A stretch of 64,000 nt of DNA from Octopus vulgaris (lineage: Eukaryota): contig OX597818.1 of the NCBI GenBank assembly GCA_951406725.2, forward strand, positions 135,904,001 through 135,968,000, written 5' to 3'. The notes beneath the pieces were generated by a model. It did no database searches, was not told the DNA's origin, and was given only the letters and a program-made list of their open reading frames with translations. Shown here piece by piece: positions 1-11,200 of this stretch; position 1 is the first letter of the stretch, and every line of letters starts with the position of its first letter. The position numbers were made by a program, and so were the translations under genes.

Positions 1-57
1 GTTGGAGGTACAACCATATGGTGTTGCAACCGTGCGTTGGTGCGGATAATTGAATTT

Positions 58-212
58 TAATATTATTAGTGAATTGAAGAAATGGAGTTGAACGGAATTT
101 GGAGTTGAATGGAATTTGGTAAATTGTGCCTTTCGAAACACGTGTAGAATGCAATAAATCGATTTCTGTTCAATCTTCGTTCAACTCCATTTCTTCAATT
201 CACTAATAATAT

Positions 213-214
<2 letters not shown>
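58..214. repeat. Perfect 37-bp inverted repeat enclosing a partial hammerhead-like motif (probable Penelope-like terminal remnant)
   Basis: 58-94 is the reverse complement of 178-214; the spacer has CGAAACACGTGTA followed by AATAAA. Confidence 0.6.
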
Positions 215-246
<32 letters not shown>

Positions 247-821
247 GATAGAGAGAGAGAGATAAATAAAAATAGATAGATAGATAAATATAAATAGTAA
301 AATAGACAGATAGATTGGTTTGGGTATGGTTGTGTGATCCAAGAAGTTAGCTTTGCAACCACATGGTTTCAGGTTCAGTTTTACTGTGTGGCACCTTGCT
401 ATAATTTTCTGCTATAGTCTCAGACCAACCAAAGCCTTGCAAGTGAATTTAGTTGATGGAAACTGAAAAGAAGCCCATTGCATATGTATACATCCAAGAA
501 TTTTTCAGCACACCCTTGTCATTTTAATGATGATGTATTGATTAATCTGAGGCTTTGGTTACCAAAAGGGCTAGGGCTTCACAGTGGAATTAAGGACACA
601 GGATACAGTGGCTGAGAAACTAGTTTCTTAAATGAATGCTCATACTTGCACCTATCTATTTACTTTATATCTATCAAAAGGATACTATTTAAACTAATTT
701 CTGAGTGAAGGTTGGTTGTGTTTATGCAAATATTTATTAATTTTTCTTACTGTCGTAAACATTATTAACAAATTTATTCCTTCAAATAAGAACACAGCCA
801 TTTTAATTGTATTTGCATAAT

Positions 822-1176
822 ATCATCATCATCATCATCGTTTAACGTCCGTTTTCCACGCTAGCACGGGTTGGACGGTTCGACTGGGGTCTGGGAAGCC
901 AGAGGCAGCACCAGGCTCCAGTCTGATCTGGCAGAGTTTCTACAGCTGGATGCCCTTCCTAACGCCAACCACTCCGCGAGTGTAGTGGGTGCTTTGTACG
1001 TCCCACCTGCACAGGTGCCAGGAGGGGGTCCGGCATCGGCCACGATCGGTTGGAGCTTTTAACGTGCCACTGGCACGGAAGCCAGCCAAGGCGGTGCTGG
1101 CAACGGCCACGTTCGAATGGTGCTTTTTATGTGCCACCGGCACAGAAGCCAGTCGGGGCGGCACTGGCATCGGCCA
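822..1176 (-). mobile_element. RTE-3'-end-related short retroposon with (GAT)n tail (family A)
   Basis: GGAAGGGCATCCAGCTGTAGAAAC core and GGACGTTAAACGATGATGAT tail; more than 10 copies in the window. Confidence 0.85.
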
Positions 1177-1266
1177 ATAAAAATAAGAAATAAATGGAAA
1201 TTTTACCAGTGAGTGTGTTACATTATAAGGAAACTAAATTGAATTTCAACATTAGCTCATATTTAC

Positions 1267-1410
1267 CTAACACATTTAGATAGAAATCGGCCCATAAGTA
1301 ACCATTTTCATTTGAAGCATTGCATTGAATAACCTTTGAATCATTCCTTGTTAGCATAAAATACTTCAAAGTATCGTTTTGAAATTGCTGATTTACTCGT
1401 GGAGGAACAG
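1267..1410 (-). CDS. Nrg: Neuroglian-like exon, Ig4 C-half
   Basis: SVPPRVNQQFQNDTLKYFMLTRNDSKVIQCNASNENGYLWADFYLNVL; tttttcag acceptor, GTAAAT donor. Confidence 0.92.
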
Positions 1411-4400
1411 CTGAAAAAGACAAAACAAAACAAAGTAAATAATCACATGAGACATCCTGTATTAGATTAAAAAAAACGATTCAAATAATTAAATAACATA
1501 TCATGTCTGGGATAAAATAACAATAAAAGTTTTCACTTTGTCCATTTTACGTCTCTTTTCAACACTAGCGTGCATGAATGGATACTTATTATTAAGGCTT
1601 TATTTTACAGTTGTACATCCTTCCAGATGCTAACTCTTCATTGTTTCTCAAGTAAGTGATTTTTAATTCCACTTGTACATGAAAGCACAGAGCAACAGCA
1701 AGATTTGTTTATAGGGAATGCCAACATAACATCATTTTCCCTTGAATATGGAATGTAAACAATCACACAGATACACACACCCAAATGCACAGATGGGCTG
1801 CCATACAGTTTCCATCTATTACAAGGCATTAATCAGCCCAAGATATCATAAGATAGAACTTGAAACCATGTAGCTGTATACTGAAATTTGTATCCACACA
1901 GCCATGCCCACATCTATTATATTTTGTATTTTCTCCTACAAATGTACTTATAAAATATTTTATTTTTGTAATGTTGCAAAATGATTTATTGAATGCATGA
2001 GCACATTTCATACTTTGGTAGTTTTAAATACTGAAATCTTGTAGTCAAGATACAAGGTTCAATTACATATTAGAACAGTTATGTTATAAGATGTAACTGA
2101 TTCCTAACTAAATTTTTCAGATCCTAAACTGTTTCTCAAAGATCTATATTTAACTGAATGTCTATTTCTGTTCATGTGTTTTTAAAATCATCTACTATGG
2201 GCAACATTTTTTTGAGAACAGGGCCACATGAGGCATGGCTCATCCTCAGACAGGCTGCACTACATAAAACATTTGAGGTAATTTTTTGTTAGGTGTGCCA
2301 TTCAGGGAGTCTCACAGGCCGCAGTTTGCCTATAATTGATTTACTGTATCAACCTTACCCAGCTATCTCAATTTTTCAGCTTTGAGGGATTAAAAAACAG
2401 ATAGGAGCTATGCAATCTTACTGGATATAAAAAGTAACCTCTTCAGTCTCTCCTCTAGGTTTAATATTATACAATTAATAAAATTCTCTTCTTTTAGCAC
2501 TTGGATTTTATGTATGGAGAAATACTACAAATTTGCTTTCTACAATAGGCACAAGGCTTAAAATTATGGGAGAGGGAGCTTGTCAATTACAGTGCTCAAC
2601 TAGTACTTAATTTATTGACTGTGAAAGGATGATAGGCAAAGTCGATCTTGGTAGAATTTGAACTTAAAACATAAAGCCAAAAGAAATGCTGTTAAGCATT
2701 TTATCCAGAATGCTAATTATTCTGCTAACTCACCACTTCAGAAATATTATATACCTACACCATCATGTGACTATTATACAAAGACAAGTCAATGACACAA
2801 TAATAACAACACCATATATAGTGCAGGAGTAGATTAGACAGAGATGGGGAAATTTTAGAGAAATACTAGCTCTTGGCATGAAGAAATCATTTCCTTCACA
2901 GCCAAGGGTGTAACCATATCAATTTTATATCCTCATTCTAAATTACAGAGTTACATAAAAACATGATAAAGATTTTTCTTGAATAAGGGACAAAGTGAAG
3001 TAGAAAATAGAAGAAACTTGCATTCTATGGGTTCTCCATTGATGTACCATTTCACATCAGGTTTTGGTCTACCAAGTGCTTGGCAGGAAAATGTCACATT
3101 TTCATCAACTCCTTTGGTTACATCTTCAGGATCAGTTACCCAATATGGTCGAGCTGAATGAAAGAATAGAAATATTCAGAAAATAAAAAAATGGTCTCAT
3201 ATTCTGCAAATTAAATTTTAAAAAATTTTAAAGAGGATTTTAGGTAGAGTTTTAAAATAAGAATCTCTTATTATCAAAATTGTATTCTTTTGTTATGGAA
3301 ATTTTAAATATAATCTGTATTTTAAATATTTTTCTTCAACTTCTTTTGACTTTAATTCATCTTCATGCTCAATTCAATTTGAAACTTACATGCAACAGTA
3401 ACTTTAAATTTTTTAGAAATTTGTCCATTGGTGACTTCGTTATCTCCAATACACTGATACTCTCCAGCATCATCAAAATCAACGTTCTTTATAATAAGTT
3501 CAAGATTGTCAATTCCATCTTCAGTTCTTTCAATATCTATTTCCCCATTCAAGCGTTTCCACACGACTGTAGGTGTAGGACTGAAATATAACAACAATAA
3601 TAAGAATTGTAAATCGAAATTTATATTCTGAGTGTTATAGTTTTCTAATGAAAATCAAATTATTCTAAACATACAAATAATCTCATTAGTATCAACACAT
3701 TAATTATCTTTTTTGTTGAATTATTTCAACAAGATTAACACAAAAAAAAAAAAAAAAAAATGCCTATTTTTCATGTTGGATAGTTCTTAGTGCAAATTTA
3801 AAGAGTGCTGACAACCTTTAACCCTTTAGCATTCAGATGACTCTGTCAAATGTATTGCTTATCTATTTGCATTCATCATCATCATCATCATTTAATGTTT
3901 GCTTTCCATGCTGGTATGGGTTAGACTGGAACTGGTAAGCTGGAGAGCTGCACCACGTTCCAGTCTGATTTGGCATGGTTTCTATGACTGGATGCCCTTC
4001 TGAATGCCAACCACTCCAAGAGTGAGTGTAATGGGTACTTTTTATGTGCCACTGGCAACAGTCACGACCGCAATTTCATGGGTGCCATTTACATGACACT
4101 GGCAACAGCCATGACTATGATCTCACTTGGCTTGATGAATCTTCTCAAGCACAGCATATTGCCAAAAGGTCTCAGTCACTTGTCATCAACTCTGTGAGGC
4201 CCAACATTCAAAGATCATGTGACCAGCAACAGGCAAGATTATGATTTCATGGGTGCCATTTACATGACACCAGCAATTGCCATAACTATGATTTCACTTG
4301 GTTTGATGAGTCTTCTCAAGCACAGTGTATTGCCAAAGGTCTTGATTACTAGTTATCACTTCCATGAGGCCCAACGTTCAAAGATCATGCTTCCCCACCT

Positions 4401-7400
4401 CATCTCATGCCTTCTTGGGTCTATCTCTTCCATAGGTTCCCTCCAGAGTTAGAGATTGACATATTGTTTTGAATTAATCATGTATTATCCTGTAGCTTTC
4501 TGATTTCAATGATGTGCTCATATAGATTTAGAATGATATTGTAGTACAGGTGTGAAAGGTTGGGTCTGGTTAGCTTGAACATAAAACAGATAGAACATTT
4601 TGACTGGATATGGCTGAATTAAATGCTAAAGGCTTAAATTGACATGTTCTAACTTTACACTTTATATATTGTAGATTATGCTCATTGGTGTTATATTTCT
4701 TAGATATCAACTATGTAAAAATAGAGAATTTCAATTATTATGATAAGACAGAATAACAAAATGACTTTATACATACTTGCCACTGAAAATACATTTCATT
4801 TTTAGATCATCAGTTCTTAAAACTTTGATGTCAGTCTTTGAAACCCAAAGGATCTCCACTGGCTTTTTAATTGATCCCTCTGAAAAAGAAATTATAACCA
4901 ATGTTTGTTATGAGTGTTTAATGAAGTTTTAATTTGAGGATTTTGTTAATAAATGAAATAAATATCATAACATGGCAGCTAGTATATGATCTTCATTATA
5001 TCTAAGGGTCTTTTTTACATCATTTCTACACTTCGATCTTAACCAGAAATTGAGCCACAACTAAAGCTCTCTAACACACTACCAGTCAGTGGGAGCCTTA
5101 ACACGCTATTATCTGTTTTTTGGGTGCTTTCAGTAGAGTTCACTCTATTGCAAGTATTCAAATCAGGTCTCTAGTTCCCTCCACATTTTTCTTACAGATG
5201 TTAAGATAGGATATCAGTTGTATCAGACAAATTAGTATGAAAAGATCTTCTGAGTGTGGATACTTCACCTATCCCCTTTAATTAAATTTATAAAATAAGA
5301 ATTTCAGTTTTAGAATATGCATTATTTAAGGTATCGTAATATTTTCTAATAATTTTCTCTATTATAAGCACAAGGCCATAAATTTTGTGAGGAAGAACTA
5401 GTCAATTATATTGACTCCAGTGCTCAACTGGTAATTATTATATTGACCCTGAATGGCTGACAGGCTAAGTTGACCTTGGTGACATTTGAACCCAGAATGT
5501 AAAACCAGAAGAAATACTGCTAAGTATTTTGTTTGGCACATTAATGATTCTGCCAGCTTGGGAAAATATCATTTTATTACATTAGATTTGAATAAAATTT
5601 CATGAGAACTGAATTGACAGCATGTATATTAAATGTAATGGGATTGATAGCATGTATAATAAATATAATATAAAAATAATAAATACAGCAGGAGTGGCTG
5701 TGTGGTAAGTAGCTTGCTAACCAACAACATGGTTCCGGGTTCAGTCCCACTGCGTGGTATCTTGGGCAAGTGTCTTCTACTATAGCCTCGGGCTGACCAA
5801 AGCCTTGTGAGTGGATTTGGTAGACGGAAACTGAAAGAAGCCTGTCGTATATATGTATATATATTTGTATGTGTGTGTATATGTTTGTGTGTCTGTGTTT
5901 GTCCCTCTAGCATTGCTTGACAACCGATGCTGGTGTGGTTACATCCCCGTCACTTAGCGGTTCGGCAAAAGAGACCGATAGAATAAGCACTGGGTTTACA
6001 AAGAATAAGTCCCAGGGTCGATTTGCTTGACTAAAGGCGGTGCTCCAGCATGGCCGCAGTCAAATGACTGAAACAAGTAAAAGAGTAAAAAAGAGAGTAA
6101 AAGAGTAATACTGTCAACTTACGTGATACTGGCTCTGGTTTAATAACATGATCAAATCCTTGTCCAAAAATCCTCAAGAAAAACATGTTTGCTGAACACA
6201 TATAGTTATTACCATCTTGGTAATCATGCTGTCTTACATTAGCGAAATATAAATTACCTGAAGAATAAATATTAGTAAATGAGTTTTGAATCGGTGAATT
6301 ATAAATTTATACAGTTCATGCACAAAATATGAATGCATAAATATAGAATGTCCTTTAGGATAGTGGAAGCACTTCGTCGGTTACGACGACGACGAGGGTT
6401 CCGGTTGATCCGATCAACGGAACAGCCTGCTCGTGAAATTAACGTGTAAGTGGCTGAGCACTCCACAGACACGTGTACCCTTAACGTAGTTCTCGGGGAT
6501 ATTCAGCGTGACACAGAGAGTGACAAGGCCGGCCCTTTGAAATACAGGTACAACAGAAACAGGAAGTAAGAGTGAGAGTGAGTTGTGGTGAAAGCGTACA
6601 GCAGGGATCACCACCATCCCCTGACGGAGCCTCGTGGAGCTTTTAGGTGTTTTCGCTCAATAAACACTCACAACGCCCGGCCTGGGAATCGAAACCGCGA
6701 TCCTACGACCGCGAGTCCGCTGCCCTAACCACTGGGCCATTGCGCCTCCACTTTAGGATAGTAAAATATGACTGACTGATATACAAGCAAAATAATAACA
6801 GAATTCTCACACATAATGACAATATACACAGGTATTATGTGTATGAATATATATGTGTATGTATGTCTATTTAGCTCTATACAGCCATCTGTCCATCAAC
6901 ACATACACACACACACACAAGAAAGTAATTTCATTTTTTGGAAATAGATAGAGTTAAGATTTTTTGAATGACTTTTGTCAATGTTATGATTTTTTCCTTT
7001 TGACATTTAATAGCTACTAGCAGTATCGCCCGGCGTTGCTCGGGTTTGTAAGGGAAATAACTATACAGCATTTTTAGAGAGTTATAGCCAAAAAAGTAGC
7101 AAAAAAATGCATTAAAAATGGAAAAAATATGATGGTAAATTTTTTAAAAAATCGTTGACTCATCGTAGACATTTTTAGAGAGTTACTTCCCTTTAAAAAA
7201 ATATGCATGAAAATGGAAAAAAATGATGGTAAATTATTTTTTAAATCGTAGACTCATCGTAGACGCGCGCTAATACCCAGAAGGGCTCGATATGAATCAC
7301 GACTATAAATATCCAGTTTTGGTTAAACTGCACCGCAAAATGTGGGAGTAGTTAGGAATCTAAATCGAAGGGGACAGACACTCACACAACTACAGTTTTA

Positions 7401-8189
7401 TATATATAGATTATTTCTAGCTTACTTTGGAAGCAAATTGTGTGTAATTTTGTTTACAGCTGTTGGTTCAATTCAATTTTAACATGGAGTGCAAAAACAA
7501 ACATTTTTGGCATATTTTGCTTTTTTATTTCTATAAAGGCAAGAAAACTGCTGAGGCTCATTAAGAGATATGTAAAGTTTATAGTGTTGATTGCTTAACA
7601 GAACACACATGTCAGAAATGAAATTTTCCACTGGAGATTTTTCACTGAAAAATGACCAAAATCCAAACCGTAATTGAATCTGATTGTTATATAGCTGTGT
7701 GAGAGATTTCAGAGAGATTAAATGTACCACACACAAGAATTGAAAATCACTTAAAATGTCTTGGATTCATAAATTGAAAGTGATTCACTTAACACAACAA
7801 ATCAATATTTGCGATATGCATTTCAAACGCAATGAAATCAATCTTTTTTGAAACTGGTGATGAAAAATGGACTGTCTACGATAACATCAATCAAAAAAAT
7901 ATTATGGTTCAAGCATAATGAACCAGCACCAACCACATTGAGAGCTGAATTGCAGAAAACAAAGGTTATGCTGTCAATGTAATGGGATTAGAATGGTGTT
8001 GTGTATTTTAAATTCAGTTTTTGTACGGGGAAAAAGACTTTTATTTAACACTAAAAAACTGAAATTAGTTTCTTGCAAACCCAATATATATATATATATT
8101 TCCAGAACTTAGTGATGTAGATATCTGTGAAAGTTCTGTCACAATTACATTTTTTTTAATGACAAGTGGCATAAACCTTAAAAGAGAGA

Positions 8190-8235
<46 letters not shown>

Positions 8236-11200
8236 AATACAAAATAAACAATCAGCTTAAAAAAACAAACAAATTATAAGATTAACAGACAACAAGGAGT
8301 ATATGCACAAGGAATGTATTAGCTTGACCCTCAGTGAAAAGAGAGAGTCTGAGGTTTCAAGCATAACTCTTTAGTAGAAAGGAGAAAGGGAAAAGTTCAA
8401 AGAAGGAAAAGAAATCACCAACAGTCACATCACTGAAGTGACTGGAAGTAGAAAGAGGTAGAGAAAGTGTTTTATTTGGAACAGGAGAGTGCGAAGATGG
8501 TCAGTGTGTGTGTACGTGTGTGTCTGTGTGTGTATGAGAGTGTGTATGTGTATATGTGTGTGTGCATTGGTGTCTCTTCTTTAGCACTCTGTCGGTTACG
8601 ACGATGAGGGTTCCGGTTGATCCGAATCAACGGAACAGCCTGCTCGTGAAATTAACGTGTAAGTGGCTGAGCACTCCACAGACACGTGTACCCTTAACGT
8701 AGTTCTCGGGGATATTCAGCATGACACAGAGAGTGACAAGGCCGGCCCTTTGAAATACAGGTACAACAGAAACAGGAAGTAAGAGTGAGAGAAAGTTGTG
8801 GTGAAAGAGTACAGCAGGGATCACCACCATCTCCTGCCGGAGCCTCGTGGAGCTTTTTTAGGTGTTTTCGCTCAATAAACACTCGTAGCCATGCGTGATA
8901 TACATACATACATACATATATATATCAAAGATAAAATTTCAAGTGATATTTGGTCTATTTTAGAGACAATATTCCCACAACTTAGTGATGTTGATATCTG
9001 TGAAAGTTCTGTCACAATTACATTTTTTTAATGACAAGTGGCATAAATCTTAAAATATAAAGATTAGATTTTGTCCTAAAAAAGGTAATTGAAATGAGAG
9101 GTGGTGGGTTTTACAGAACTTACCTTCATAATCCATAGAAATCCTATTATCAAGTTTGATTTGTTTCATTGCATTCGTTTTTCTCTCTAATATACTCCAA
9201 CTTATTGTAGGTTTTGGCGTCCCTTTTGGTGGTATACACACTAATTTTACACTCTCTCCCATCATCGGTGCCAAATGCGTTGTTGCTTTTTTCAGGAAAG
9301 GTGTTAACTCAGCCATATATAATCTTGTGATTATAGATAATGACTTCCCTAATTTAGATGCAGCGGCACATTGGTAACCACCAATATCTTCGAGACTAGG
9401 ACTGTGAAATAGTATAGACCCAACTCCAACAAGTTGAGTTATTCGGCCTTTGTATTCTGTACTATTGAGATCAATTTTTTTACCATTTTTATACCATGTA
9501 TACCTGAAAGAGACAAAAGAAAAAAATAATATTTCAATAATTATCATGATGATTGAAAAAATAAAAAGTATTTATAAAATAGGAAGCAAGAGATGAAAAT
9601 ACCCACCTAAACAAGTCCCAATATAACCTAAAGCAGTGGTACCTAAACTTTTTTGGGTTGCCACCCCCTTGGCACCCAGGCCACATTCCTAGCACCCCAC
9701 CCCATATATAGACCACATTCTGTAGCAAATTCAAAACATCTGTATTTTACAAATAAAATTTAACCTAACCAATTATTTTGTGGTTCTTACGTCCATTGCC
9801 CCCTTTTGGCTACCCCATTATCACCCAACTTTTCTTCTTTGCTCCACACCCACTGAATCTTTCTACTGTTCCCAAGATAGCAGTACCACCCACTTTGGGA
9901 ACCTCTGATCTAAATTATAAAATGATAAAGGCTTTCATTTTCATCAAATCATCTTAACTATAGATTCTGAACTATTACAAAGATGCAGGACAAATCTCAT
10001 TTTCAGTGGAGACCAGAGTAATTTTCCTAAAAAATCTGGGTAACTTATCCCAACAGCTGAAACATATAAAAGAAATATGCAGCAGATATAATCTAACAGT
10101 ATAAACAAGTGAGCATGTGTGTTTTATGTGAATATTTGATAAGCAGTTTATATACTCACTTGTTTATAAAAACAACACTATGAAATTAGGTTCTTAAGTC
10201 TGACAGTGGGTACGTTGGTGTAAATGGTAGCACACTTGTTGCAAAAAACATAGAGGTGTGTGTTCAAGTCTCATGTATACAGAAAACCCATTTGTTTTTC
10301 TGTCGAGGTCTTATATGCCCCAATATTACACTATTTTCTTTAGTCAATACATGGTGATTGCTTATAAAATATTATTATTATTAACAGTATAAAGTTTAAC
10401 TATTGTCATTAGCATTTAGCCATTTCAACACATAAGAAGGTTTGTAGAGAGAGATCTAAAATAATGTCATGTTTTACAAATCACATATTTTCATCTACTC
10501 TAATAGAATCTTCAGATTCAAATTGTGTGAAGGGATTTGTCTCATTTTAATAATAATAATGATAATAATAATAATAATAATAATAATAATATAATAATGA
10601 AATTATTGTATACAATAATTTATTTCCATGTGTCTAACACACGTGGACATGCCTACAAAGTCAGAAAACAACACAGCTCCCATGACTTTCGGAAACATTT
10701 TTTCACGCTCAGAGTTGCTGAAGCATGGAATAAACTGCTTGCGTCAGTTGTTGACTGCCATGACACTGCATCCTTTAAGGCTCTCATGCTTTCCGAAATC
10801 CACCGAAACTACACCTGATTATATATACACTTTAGATGAGTTGTAGTGCACCTGAGCACTGTACACAATGTTTTATTATTATTATTATTATGATAGAACT
10901 ACAGATTATGATCTATTAGTTTTGATACTTACTCAGGTGCTGGTTTACCAGTAGCCATACATGGAAGCTCTAGTGGTTGCTTTGAATGGATGAATCCAAT
11001 TTTATTAGGTTGCTTGGTGATAGATGGTGGGAGATTGGCTGAAAACAGAAGAATATATATTGTCAAATAATTGAAACAATATTGCTTTATTACATTTTCA
11101 CTGGGCAACAATTAATAACAACAATAATAAGCTAGACTGAAAACAATAAGAAAATTTCCTTTTAGAGATTAAAATGGATGATGGATTTATAGAAAAGAAA

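Noticed and set aside
871-1062. Recurrent ORFs containing LQLDALPNANH (also 20269, 34448, 35318, 38095, 56295)
   Set aside because: Chance translations of the family A repeat, with inconsistent frames between copies
2940-3021. Extension of the Ig4 exon to a downstream GT donor
   Set aside because: Candidates are in the wrong phase or have poor consensus, and would insert non-homologous residues
6414-6617. Recurrent 67-aa ORF MVVIPAV...SRLFR in several SINE B copies
   Set aside because: Explained by recent copy identity of a Pol III SINE; broken in the 50783 and 58261 copies; no protein-like features
6675-6751. tRNA-like sequences (also near 5690, 11435, 41461)
   Set aside because: These are SINE heads: no proper acceptor stem at the 3' side of the head, and they continue into repeat bodies with TSDs
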